Virus record (IMG/VR): IMGVR_UViG_3300025121_000282 | Coordinates: 1-64,000 of that record | Length of the DNA stretch: 64,000 nucleotides | Reading direction: 5' to 3' (one strand) | Shown here: positions 45,576 to 54,847 of the stretch, one piece after another | Numbering within the stretch: the stretch's first letter is position 1 | Layout of the letters: every line of letters begins with the position of its first letter | The notes under the pieces: model-generated | Seen by the model: only the letters and a program-made list of their open reading frames with translations | What the model was told of the DNA's origin: nothing | Database searches by the model: none | Made by a program: the position numbers and the translations under genes

Positions 45576-48407
45576 ATGTCCGAAGGAATCAATAAAATAC
45601 TACGCAGTTTGCTTGTACTTAATGACAAGCCCGACCAAGAGAATGCAGCTAGGAATTTTGAACAGGTTTTAGTATATAGAATAGACTTTACTGAAGATGA
45701 AGAGAAAGAGATCTTTAATAAAATAAAGAACCACTTTTCTACCTATAGAGAAACCCCTACTATTCAAGACTTGCGTGATGCATTTGAGTTAGAAAAGAAT
45801 CCTGGGGCCATTTTAGTTTTAGATGAAATTTCGAAAGAACCTTGTTACGTCCGCAGTTCTTTTGAAGCTTTGGTTATGGGAGAACTGGAGAAGCAAAGAA
45901 TAGCCAAAATCCATATTTTGGCCAAAGAGTCAGCGCACATAGCATCACATGGCTTAAAAATAGGCAAAGTAGAGCTAAAGGGAGTCAATGATGCCATTCG
46001 TCATTTCACCGGTGGAGCCGACTCTCTACTTGTGATGAATAACGGCGTCAGATTGTCTGGCGATGTGACCCAGGACCATGACGACTTTATAGAAGAAGTT
46101 GAGTACACCCACTCGCACCCAGAAGAAGCTTATGGGTGCCTTACTGGTATAATCCAGGTTGATGAAGGGTGTATGGGGGTAAAACCCTCTGAATTCTGGG
46201 CACACGCTGCATACAGCGGGGGGTTGAAATGTATTAGTGGGGGGTCACGTATTTTTGATAGCAGAGTAGGCATTTTACGTGAAGCCCGAGATGTATACCA
46301 GAATGGTGCCGTAGGTCTGTACACCCACTCATTAAACCACGCCACTGGACAAATCGAATTGGCTGGCGTTAGCCACATACAAGAAAACGGAGTTCGACCT
46401 GTATTTGTACTTGAAAGCTCTCAAGGCCGACAGACAGGGGTCTCAGACAACCACCCATTTCTTACACCTAATGGGTACGTAGAACTTAAGGACCTTAAGA
46501 TTGGAGATTGGATTGCAGTTCCATCTCGTCTTCCAATCCCACTCAGTGCAACCAATCAATTTACTGATGCTCATGCAAAATTGATTGGCTATATGCTGGG
46601 GGGCGGATACATGAACAAAGGTCTGACTTTTGTTACTGTGTCTGACGCCATTAGAACAGATTTTATTGAGCAACTGGTTACTATGGGGTATGTAGAAGGA
46701 AAAGCTACCCCATTACACCCACATTTTCGGTCCACATTTCCCAAAACTAGAGTGCCCACATTACGTATGGGCCATTCTGCTCGTAGTACTAAACGTTATT
46801 GTGCTTCCCCATTGTTACTGTTATTACAATCTTTGGGGCTAATGGGTAAAATTGCGTCCACCAAATTTATTCCAAATCAGCTGTGGTCTATGTCGGATCA
46901 TCAGTTAAAATTACTGGTTGGGGCCATGTGGTCCACTGATGGCCACCTCTCTGTGTGGCGCAATGGTAAGGGTAAAAGGGTACCATCAGTCAAAATTAAG
47001 TACACCACCAAAAGTAGACAACTGGGGGCAGATTTACAATTAGTCTTGCAACGTTTGGGGATTCGTACCTCGTTGGACCGGCACTGGGTTAAATACAAAG
47101 GAGAACGAAGACTGTATTGGACAATAGCAGTTATAGGCCATTCGGCTAAATTCAAATTCTTAACAGACATTGTGGTGATTGGCAAGACTGAAGCTTGTCG
47201 TCTTGCTATTGAAGCGCTTGAGACCCAGCGTGATACATGTGATGACCACATACCTCTGTCTGTATTTAAGAATGTCAAGATTCCACTTCGGGCTGTAAAC
47301 AAAACAGGCAAGACCCCTGTTTACATTGGTTCTATAACCAAGAAGCAAAAAAAAGTGTCTAGAACTGTGGCACTACAATTTGCTTCTGTGCTGAATGACC
47401 CTAGTATCAATACACTGTTGAGTGACCATTTAAACTGGGAACAGGTCCGCTCGATAGTGTGTACTGGTGAGGAGATGACATATGACCTGTCTGTGCCGTC
47501 TAACGAGAACTTTGTTGTAGACGGCTTTGTTACCCACAACACTACTTTTGCTTTAAACTGGGCATACTTTACTGCTGTGTTTCTTAGGAAGAATGCTGAG
47601 TATTTTAGCCTGGAAATGCCATACAAACAGGTTAGACGCATACTAAAGGTGATGCATTCTACTCATTGGAAGTTTACTGATGCACCTTCTGAGGGTGGTC
47701 TCGGGTGGGAACCACTAGAATATAAGAAAGTGCGAGATGGCAAACTAACCCCAATTGAGTTAGAGCGCCTTAAGTACATATCCAAGGACCTTTCAAATCA
47801 AGAGTTACATGGGGCAATACACGTAGTCAAACCCGACCGTGAAGTAACTATAGCAGACCTTAGATTTGTAGCCGAGGCCCAGCATAAGAAGACACCTCTC
47901 TCTGTTATATTTATAGACTACTTGCAATTAGTACAGTCTTCGGATAAGTCTTTAAGGTCAACTACAGAACGGCAAAATGAAGTAGCCCGCGCAGGTAAGC
48001 ACCTCGCCATGAATTTCAATGGTGGTGCAGGGATAGCGGTGATAGGCCTGTGGCAGATCAATAACGAAGGCTACAAACACGCCCAGAAGAAAATGGAAGC
48101 TAAGGAAGAAAAGAAAGGTGGTGTATACGATTTGTCTCACCTTTCTTGGGCAAACGAACTAAAGAATGCCGCCGATTATGTTACATACACCTATGTTGAT
48201 GATGACCTTCGTGCTACAAACGAGGCCATTATAGGCAATATGAAAAACAGAGATAATAGCATCTTTTCTGAAGCTAGAATGAGAGTTGAATGGGGGCAAC
48301 GTAAGTTGGAGTCCCTAATGATCAACTCACCCCTATCTGCCAACAAATCATTTGAAACAGCAGGCGTGAAGGACTTAGACATCGATGTCCTCCTCGGCGG
48401 TCCTTAA
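45576..48407 (+). CDS. dnaB: DnaB-like replicative helicase containing an intein
   Basis: Walker A 'AYSGGLK|TT' interrupted by an intein, 'YFSLEM', 'IFIDYLQL', 'WQIN' and 'MKNRD'. Confidence 0.92.
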   Translation: MSEGINKILRSLLVLNDKPDQENAARNFEQVLVYRIDFTEDEEKEIFNKIKNHFSTYRETPTIQDLRDAFELEKNPGAILVLDEISKEPCYVRSSFEALVMGELEKQRIAKIHILAKESAHIASHGLKIGKVELKGVNDAIRHFTGGADSLLVMNNGVRLSGDVTQDHDDFIEEVEYTHSHPEEAYGCLTGIIQVDEGCMGVKPSEFWAHAAYSGGLKCISGGSRIFDSRVGILREARDVYQNGAVGLYTHSLNHATGQIELAGVSHIQENGVRPVFVLESSQGRQTGVSDNHPFLTPNGYVELKDLKIGDWIAVPSRLPIPLSATNQFTDAHAKLIGYMLGGGYMNKGLTFVTVSDAIRTDFIEQLVTMGYVEGKATPLHPHFRSTFPKTRVPTLRMGHSARSTKRYCASPLLLLLQSLGLMGKIASTKFIPNQLWSMSDHQLKLLVGAMWSTDGHLSVWRNGKGKRVPSVKIKYTTKSRQLGADLQLVLQRLGIRTSLDRHWVKYKGERRLYWTIAVIGHSAKFKFLTDIVVIGKTEACRLAIEALETQRDTCDDHIPLSVFKNVKIPLRAVNKTGKTPVYIGSITKKQKKVSRTVALQFASVLNDPSINTLLSDHLNWEQVRSIVCTGEEMTYDLSVPSNENFVVDGFVTHNTTFALNWAYFTAVFLRKNAEYFSLEMPYKQVRRILKVMHSTHWKFTDAPSEGGLGWEPLEYKKVRDGKLTPIELERLKYISKDLSNQELHGAIHVVKPDREVTIADLRFVAEAQHKKTPLSVIFIDYLQLVQSSDKSLRSTTERQNEVARAGKHLAMNFNGGAGIAVIGLWQINNEGYKHAQKKMEAKEEKKGGVYDLSHLSWANELKNAADYVTYTYVDDDLRATNEAIIGNMKNRDNSIFSEARMRVEWGQRKLESLMINSPLSANKSFETAGVKDLDIDVLLGGP
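46230..47540 (+). mobile_element. intein (437 aa) with LAGLIDADG-type endonuclease in DnaB
   Basis: Starts CISGGS; block B 'VSDNHP'; motifs 'LIGYMLGGG' (degenerate) and 'AMWSTDG'; ends 'GFVTHN' followed by Thr. Confidence 0.95.
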
Positions 48408-48984
48408 AGAAGCACAAGACGAATTACGACGTAAAGAAAACCTTGCTAAAAGAATAGCACGTATTAAAGAGTGTGCCAAAATACATGATGTGATCAAGCA
48501 CCATGGGCTTGAAGTGAGAAATGGTCCTGAGTATGGTGACGACTCCCCATGCAAGTGCCCCTTTCATGGGTATGACAACAGACCTTCTGCTATGGTGTAC
48601 TACCACAGTAACACGTTTTATTGCTTTAAGTGTAAAAAATCGCACGACTTGGTTGGCTTGGAATCCCAACTGTCCAACACCACGTATTTCTCTGCACTCA
48701 GGATTTTAGAGTTTAGGTACAGTCTTCCTTTTATAGGGGAAGAAAAAGAAGAAGTAGAAGAAGTAGAAGAAGTTAAGATCGAAGATATAATATACGCTCT
48801 TAAGAAAAATTTGATAAGGAATAAGGGTGTAGCATCGCTAAACACCTATTTAAAAATATTTAAAGCTTTGGACATGGTGTCATATGACAACCATTTACCA
48901 GACGCAGACACAGATAAGCTTAAAGCAATACTGGTCAAAATTACAGATAGGATGAAAGAACTGTATGAACGAAGAGTTTGTTGA
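48385..48984 (+). CDS. stand-alone primase CHC2 zinc-binding domain protein
   Basis: 'CPFHGYDNRPS...FYCFKC', then 'YFSALRILEFRY' helices and an acidic linker. No Toprim domain. Confidence 0.85.
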   Translation: MSSSAVLKEAQDELRRKENLAKRIARIKECAKIHDVIKHHGLEVRNGPEYGDDSPCKCPFHGYDNRPSAMVYYHSNTFYCFKCKKSHDLVGLESQLSNTTYFSALRILEFRYSLPFIGEEKEEVEEVEEVKIEDIIYALKKNLIRNKGVASLNTYLKIFKALDMVSYDNHLPDADTDKLKAILVKITDRMKELYERRVC

Positions 48985-49147
48985 TTGTCGATGTTGCAGG
49001 TGTGGCAGGGGAATTCGAGTCCTTATAACCGTCTCTCAGTCTAAAAGTGCCATGTGTAAGTCATGTAAAGAGAAATACGCTTTCGTGACTAAACTCAATA
49101 CAGACACAGAGTCCCGGTTTACAAATAAACACGGTGTTATTTATTGA
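48965..49147 (+). CDS. small zinc-ribbon protein
   Basis: 60 aa with CCRC and CKSC motifs; overlaps both neighbours. Confidence 0.5.
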   Translation: MNEEFVDCRCCRCGRGIRVLITVSQSKSAMCKSCKEKYAFVTKLNTDTESRFTNKHGVIY

Positions 49148-49562
49148 AGTGTCTAACTATACAAAGATAAACTTTAACGGAGTTTATGAAAAATTTTTAG
49201 TCATTCGGATGGAAAACGGGGTTATAGAGCCTCAGTGGGCTCAATTATACAGTCAAATACTGAACACTGACTGGCTTAGAGACCTTATACCGATGGTCCC
49301 GGAAGACGTGTGGTTGGAGGCTACACGGTACAGGAACACTAACAAACTACAAACCTATATAAGAATGGAAAAAGGTCAGTACTACAGAAAAGTACCAGCA
49401 GAATATAGGTGCTGTAGAATAACACAACAGTGTGACGTGGCACAACAAAAGTGCACACTTTTTGTGACTGCACCTGTCTGTTTCGAGTCTGACACTTTTC
49501 AGCTTAGAGAAGTGTTAATGGCTTGGAAAGAAAAACACCACGTAATCGTAACGTTTGCATGA
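49134..49562 (+). CDS. hypothetical protein with C-terminal Cys cluster
   Basis: 142-aa ORF (GTG start) upstream of the polymerase. Confidence 0.6.
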   Translation: MLFIEVSNYTKINFNGVYEKFLVIRMENGVIEPQWAQLYSQILNTDWLRDLIPMVPEDVWLEATRYRNTNKLQTYIRMEKGQYYRKVPAEYRCCRITQQCDVAQQKCTLFVTAPVCFESDTFQLREVLMAWKEKHHVIVTFA

Positions 49563-49574
49563 GGAGCCACTAAT

Positions 49575-52352
49575 ATGGACATGTTTTCTTTGTCTCGCGC
49601 TATAGCGCGTCCCGACTGGTTGGACGAATGCAAAACCAGGGTGGTCGGGTCATTACAGGAACTGTCGGATTTGGTGGACGAGGTCTTATCTCAACCTAAG
49701 CCTTGTGTTGCCTCAGACATAGAGACCACGGGTCTGGACGCCAGGGTATACAGAGCAGACCAGCTTGACATAATAGAAAAAATACGTAGAGAGAAGCCCA
49801 TCCAATATAGAGAGTGGTCTCCTAGTGAAATAGAATGGGTACACAAAGTAGGGCACACCACTATAGATAAAGTTTGTGGCATTGGTTTATCACCGAATGG
49901 CATACGGGGGTACTATATACCCCTGCGTCACAGACCTTGGGATGCAAATTGCTCCAACTTGCCAATTCCACAGACTGTGGAAATACTAAAAAAGTTGTAC
50001 GCCAACGCTACCATTGTAGAACACCACTCTAAATATGATAATGAGGTTATGGAGTATGACCTAGGTATACCCATGTCTGGTATCAGTTTGCACGATACCA
50101 TGATAAAACATTATGTTCTAAATTCCAACGCTAAACGCCATGGTCTTAAGGGACTGGCTAAAGATTTGTTGGACATGTCGATGATTGAGTTGGAAGACTT
50201 ATTTCCTCATGCTGTAGGAAAAGGGAAGAAAGAACGGGTAGAAGTTCAAAATCTTTTCCCTGAAGAGATTGAAGAGTACGGGTGCAGTGACGTCATTGTT
50301 ACATACCGCTTGGATAAATTTTTAGACTACCACTGCTGGATTAAGAGGGGCACACGGATAGATCAGCACTCTCATTTTTCGCACCCAAACGGCTCCATGC
50401 GGGTTAAAGAGGTAGACAGCTTTAAAAATTTGGTTCAGTCTTTAGAAAATCCTATTAATAATGAAAAGCAGCACGGGGAGTGGGTCAATCTCTTTGTTTT
50501 CCAGAGAGACCTGCTGTCAATAGAACACAGACTGGTAGACGCCATTAGAGATACTGAGAGGCGCAGAGTCAAACTTAACATACCTATGTTGGAGCAAAAC
50601 AAGGCCAACATAATTGTAAAACTTGCTAAGATTGAACGAGAAATTCTTTCTGAATTAGGGGAAAAGGCTCTGGTCCGTATAGAGTCAGAACCTAACCCGT
50701 GGTATTGCAGTTTGAGGTCTGCTAGGGACCTGTCTGTTTTAATATACCATAACTTGGGTTTTAAACCCCTGGAAAACTTTGCAGGAACAACGGGCCCAGG
50801 AGCGGGGAATAAGGCAGCAGTGGACGCCACTGCTTCTACGGATGCTGCAATTCTGGCCGACTTGATTAAAGAAAATCCTAAAAATAAAAACATAACAATA
50901 CTGCAAAAAATACTTGACTACAGAGCCTTAGACAAGGCTCTGATGTCTTATTACGAGCCTGTTCTTCAGTCAGTTGATCCCAATGGGGAGGCCAGAATAT
51001 CGTATAGCCCCTGGTCTGTAGATACCGGTCGTCTCGCTGCAAGGTCAGGTAATTACCTAGTTGATGGATACTCTGAAGTACAGTGGCACGCCATCCCGTC
51101 TCCGGATGAACTCTCTCCTCAAGAAGTGAATGACCTTAAGAGTATGGTCGTCCCTAGAGAGGGGTACATACTCTGTTCTGCCGATTTTAGTGGTGAAGAA
51201 CTGAGGATTGCCGCAAACCTATCTAGAGAAGAGAAATGGATCAAAGAGTTTCTGGAGGGTACTGGGGATCTACACTCTATTACGGCTAGAATTCTATACG
51301 ACCTGGGTGACAATGGCACACCTACCAAGTCTCAGAGACAGGCAGGTAAGAGAACCAATTTTGCCAAATTATATGGTGGAGGTGGCCCCGCCATAGCCCG
51401 CGCAGTGGGGGCTGCGGACGCAAGTGAGGGCTGGCGCCTAGCAGGCAAGCTCGAATCCGGTCTCCCAGGAATTGCCGCGTGGCAAAAGCGTCAGGAGAGC
51501 GTGGCGAAGCAGCTTGGATTTGTAGTTACAGCTGCAAAGCGCGTCAGATTAGTTCCGCAGATGTTCCCGGATGTAGCAGACGAGCGTGAGTTCCGCAAGA
51601 TTTACGCGTATGGGGTAAGAACGTCAATCAATACTGTTGTCCAGGGCACCGCAGCAGACATTATCAAGTTGGCTATGTCTCTATTAAGGAATAGATTTAA
51701 AAAAGAAGGTTGGAGTATGGACATTGTGGCTATGTTGCACAACGTTCACGACGAGATACTATTTGAAATCAACCTGAAGTGGCTGCACAAAGTTATCCCT
51801 GTTATCGTTGAGTGTATGGAGATGAAGAATATCCTAATGAAACTGTGGGGGTGGGTTGTCCCACTTGTTATTGAGCCCGCTATCGGCATGGACTGGACTG
51901 CCAAATACAAGTGGGAGTCCATACACAAACCCCCGTGTGAGAACTGCAAGGATGGGATTCCCGCAGAGTCCAAGAAAGATTACGAGTGTGGAAAGTGTGG
52001 CAGGCAGGTAGTTCCAAAAGAGTGGGGGGTCAGCCAAGAGGACATAGATGCAGAAACATCCAAAATAAGTAGCCACGCCACCCTTAAAGTACTACAGCCC
52101 AAAGAGGAACCTCGACCAGTACCTGTTATGCTACAGTCCGGTGTTATTAGATACAAACTGGCAAGCCCGCTGAGTAAACGCACGGCACAGCTATTGTTTA
52201 CTGCTGTGAATGCATCCCAGGGTTCAGAGCCCCTGGTTGTTTATGATTCTGTAGGGAATGTGATTTTTGACGAATCTGAGGGGATTAAGATTGACTACAA
52301 CCTGTTCAAAGAGAACGTAGACAAGCATCATTTGGTTGGTGTGTTGAATTGA
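49575..52352 (+). CDS. polA: family A DNA polymerase with 3'-5' exonuclease, no 5' nuclease
   Basis: ExoI 'SDIETTG', ExoII 'HHSKYD', ExoIII 'YGCSD'; motif A 'ADFSGEELR', motif B 'RQAGKRTNFAKLYG', motif C 'VHDE'. Confidence 0.96.
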   Translation: MDMFSLSRAIARPDWLDECKTRVVGSLQELSDLVDEVLSQPKPCVASDIETTGLDARVYRADQLDIIEKIRREKPIQYREWSPSEIEWVHKVGHTTIDKVCGIGLSPNGIRGYYIPLRHRPWDANCSNLPIPQTVEILKKLYANATIVEHHSKYDNEVMEYDLGIPMSGISLHDTMIKHYVLNSNAKRHGLKGLAKDLLDMSMIELEDLFPHAVGKGKKERVEVQNLFPEEIEEYGCSDVIVTYRLDKFLDYHCWIKRGTRIDQHSHFSHPNGSMRVKEVDSFKNLVQSLENPINNEKQHGEWVNLFVFQRDLLSIEHRLVDAIRDTERRRVKLNIPMLEQNKANIIVKLAKIEREILSELGEKALVRIESEPNPWYCSLRSARDLSVLIYHNLGFKPLENFAGTTGPGAGNKAAVDATASTDAAILADLIKENPKNKNITILQKILDYRALDKALMSYYEPVLQSVDPNGEARISYSPWSVDTGRLAARSGNYLVDGYSEVQWHAIPSPDELSPQEVNDLKSMVVPREGYILCSADFSGEELRIAANLSREEKWIKEFLEGTGDLHSITARILYDLGDNGTPTKSQRQAGKRTNFAKLYGGGGPAIARAVGAADASEGWRLAGKLESGLPGIAAWQKRQESVAKQLGFVVTAAKRVRLVPQMFPDVADEREFRKIYAYGVRTSINTVVQGTAADIIKLAMSLLRNRFKKEGWSMDIVAMLHNVHDEILFEINLKWLHKVIPVIVECMEMKNILMKLWGWVVPLVIEPAIGMDWTAKYKWESIHKPPCENCKDGIPAESKKDYECGKCGRQVVPKEWGVSQEDIDAETSKISSHATLKVLQPKEEPRPVPVMLQSGVIRYKLASPLSKRTAQLLFTAVNASQGSEPLVVYDSVGNVIFDESEGIKIDYNLFKENVDKHHLVGVLN

Positions 52353-52699
52353 AAGACCTAACTAGACAGTGCCTAGAAGACGTTAAGTCCGTAGATGCTG
52401 CAGCAACCATACAGGTATTGAGGCAGGGTTTCTGTAAGGGTTCCCCACCCTGTAGAAACCCTGGTTGTTTGTGGTCTGTGGCTAAAGGAACCTTGTTTGA
52501 GTCTAGAATAGCCACAAACTTCGACAGACTGCTAAACTCTGAAAAAGCTGACCCAAACGATAAAGAATTTGAGCACATAAGGAACCAGGACTTTAAGGAT
52601 GTAAATGCACCGACCAAGGTGTTTGTGTCTGGTTATACTTCCAAGCCTATTGTGGTTACCTCTGGGTCGGTTATAACTTTCTCTAAGAAGCCTACTTAA
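52349..52699 (+). CDS. hypothetical protein with CxxCxxxxC motif
   Basis: 116-aa ORF with a TTG start overlapping the polymerase stop. Confidence 0.6.
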   Translation: MKDLTRQCLEDVKSVDAAATIQVLRQGFCKGSPPCRNPGCLWSVAKGTLFESRIATNFDRLLNSEKADPNDKEFEHIRNQDFKDVNAPTKVFVSGYTSKPIVVTSGSVITFSKKPT

Positions 52700-52705
52700 C
52701 TGTAT

Positions 52706-52735
52706 GTACTCCGGATTGAAATACCCCGGAGTGTG
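52706..52735 (+). promoter_or_regulatory. hairpin overlapping the Shine-Dalgarno sequence
   Basis: actccgg (52708-52714) / ccggagt (52726-52732) pairs over GGAG. Confidence 0.4.
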
Positions 52736-53428
52736 AAATACATGTCAGCAGATACTGAATACCCCACCACTAGGGTTATAATTAAGTCTCTTGGCGGAGT
52801 AGTTGTTGAACAACTAAACGAACAAGAGTACTTGGCAAAGATCCCGATCAATGCCCATGATAGTCCAGTCGGCAAACTCGCTGCACTCGCCTCTTTGGTG
52901 GGTAGTAATGGGCTTGCCGGTTCTGAGGTAGTAAACGAGTACCTAACTGGATTGGGATTTACGACTTGCTTAACTAGCCATTTGAGGTTTGTACTAAAAG
53001 AAATAGAAGCAAAAAGACTGACTTGGGGCGACGCCCTAAAAATGTTGCAAACGCCAGTAAGTCAGGACCTGATCTATAGAATAATTGTCAAGCCTATGGC
53101 ACTTGAACATCTGAGTATGTTCGTGTCAGACGGGATTAGTCACGGGTACGGCTTTGCCTGGGCAGATCGAGACACTATAATCATCGACCGGTTTCTTCCG
53201 GGTGATTTTATGTCTGAAATAAACGACCTACCTCAAGTGCAGTGGACTACCAACGAAAGTGGGTTTATTTCCGGATTCCAAAAGCCACTTTCAGGTGGCT
53301 GGCAATTGCTTCTGTGCCCCGGTAACAGTAAGCTGATACTGGGTGAGAGTACTGTACCCATGGCAGGCTTGTCTGTGAACGTACATAAGGAATTTAGGGT
53401 GTCATTCTCTACACCAGGAATATTTTAA
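52733..53428 (+). CDS. hypothetical protein (probable start ATG 52742)
   Basis: 231-aa ORF; GGAG lies 10 nt upstream of ATG 52742. Confidence 0.65.
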   Translation: MKYMSADTEYPTTRVIIKSLGGVVVEQLNEQEYLAKIPINAHDSPVGKLAALASLVGSNGLAGSEVVNEYLTGLGFTTCLTSHLRFVLKEIEAKRLTWGDALKMLQTPVSQDLIYRIIVKPMALEHLSMFVSDGISHGYGFAWADRDTIIIDRFLPGDFMSEINDLPQVQWTTNESGFISGFQKPLSGGWQLLLCPGNSKLILGESTVPMAGLSVNVHKEFRVSFSTPGIF

Positions 53429-53970
53429 TGTCTACTAAAAAGGTTGGTGAGTACGAACCTTCTAAGGCTAAATTAATAGAGCATCGTAAGGTGCTGTGGT
53501 CCGCCAAGACTGTACCTGTATACTACGAGAAGTCCACGTGGAAGTTCTTTGCTTTTCCTGACCCGGCGGACCTAGAAAACATACTCACTGCTGAAACCAT
53601 GCATAAGCTATGCGACCAACTTGACGGGTGGGACAAGACCCAAGCCCATAAGTTTGTGTGGCACAAAGAGATTTGGATTGTGTTTGTAAATGACCTTAAG
53701 ACTTTTAGATTTGACCTCCATGTTGTAGACGTGGGCACCCACCCACTAATCTCGATAAGGTATAAAAACCAGCCGAACGGCTATTACAGCAAGACCACTA
53801 AAATCCCATACAGCCCCGTTGCTGAATCCACTCTAAGAACTTACCTGAAGACACTGAACAGCGATGTTGACAGAATTGTAAGTGAAGATTCTATCCGCAT
53901 GGCTTTCCCACTAGTTTTTGGGGAGAAACCGCCCGTATCTAAACGGTTCAAGCACTTGGAAATGGACTAA
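53428..53970 (+). CDS. hypothetical protein
   Basis: 180-aa ORF with TAATG coupling. Confidence 0.65.
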   Translation: MSTKKVGEYEPSKAKLIEHRKVLWSAKTVPVYYEKSTWKFFAFPDPADLENILTAETMHKLCDQLDGWDKTQAHKFVWHKEIWIVFVNDLKTFRFDLHVVDVGTHPLISIRYKNQPNGYYSKTTKIPYSPVAESTLRTYLKTLNSDVDRIVSEDSIRMAFPLVFGEKPPVSKRFKHLEMD

Positions 53971-53975
53971 TTACA

Positions 53976-54290
53976 ATGTCTGTCACAAAATTTAATGTAG
54001 AATATACAGTTCGTGCTTGTCAGCCCAGTGTAAATGCCGCAGCCCCTGTTACAGAATACTTAGAAGTGCCATACCTAACAGTTGAGGCCTGGGTCGGTGC
54101 AATGAAGAAAGTGGGAAGTTTGGTATTTGACGATCCCATGTTTGGTAAGCTTGGTTTTGTTGATAGTAACGATGTTTGGCACACCCTCCATACACACGTT
54201 GTTACTACAGTTACAAGTCTGTCTCAAACTGATCGGAACTTTTTACAGACTCCAGAGAGCCGGGCACTACTACTTGGAAACAGGCCATAA
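53976..54290 (+). CDS. hypothetical protein
   Basis: 104-aa ORF in a tight operon. Confidence 0.6.
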   Translation: MSVTKFNVEYTVRACQPSVNAAAPVTEYLEVPYLTVEAWVGAMKKVGSLVFDDPMFGKLGFVDSNDVWHTLHTHVVTTVTSLSQTDRNFLQTPESRALLLGNRP

Positions 54291-54293
54291 ACA

Positions 54294-54749
54294 GTGTCTG
54301 GGTTCAAACGAGACGAGGTTGTAGCCCTTCCTGGGTTCGAATCAACAGACCGCAAAACTTGGCTCAGGCTGAACACAATCATGGCTGACGAAAATCTGAT
54401 GCGACGGTTACACATGGGCCTCCCAGTTGGAAATCTCAAAGACCGCACTCAAGACCTTTATTTTGTAGAAGCCGCTAAGCACTTTGGAATCCCAATCGAA
54501 GAAGTCACCCCAGAACAGCGTCGCCAGATGAAGGATATTCTATTCGGTCAGCTGTATGGTCAATCTGAAGAAGTAAAAGCACTTCGTGCTGAGGCCAAGT
54601 TCATGAATTTTGCCGAAGGCCTCCCTTATGGCATGCCAGACAAACTTGTGGAACAACCATCAGACAAATACAGACTTGCTAGACAGCAGGCAATGGCTAA
54701 CGTGTGGAGAATAGTGTACGGGTTGCCAGACGAGCCCACTGAAGACTAA
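54294..54749 (+). CDS. small protein with PolA fingers/O-helix-like repeats
   Basis: 'DLYFVEAAKHFGIPIEEVTPEQRRQMKDILFGQLYG' matches PolA motif B and its upstream helices; two further degenerate copies follow. Confidence 0.65.
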   Translation: MSGFKRDEVVALPGFESTDRKTWLRLNTIMADENLMRRLHMGLPVGNLKDRTQDLYFVEAAKHFGIPIEEVTPEQRRQMKDILFGQLYGQSEEVKALRAEAKFMNFAEGLPYGMPDKLVEQPSDKYRLARQQAMANVWRIVYGLPDEPTED

Positions 54750-54847
54750 CCCTTTTATAAATACTGAAAATACCAGTGCTTCCGCGACCTGGGCCAACAG
54801 CGCGGTAATCTCGTCCAAGTTGTAACATAACTGACTGGAGATTACCC

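Noticed and set aside
48748-48774. gaagaagta x3 microrepeat
   Set aside because: It encodes an acidic EEV linker in frame; ordinary low complexity.
54328-54350. GGTTCGAATC resembling a tRNA T-loop
   Set aside because: It lies inside a coding frame (GFES), and I could not build an acceptor stem or cloverleaf around it.
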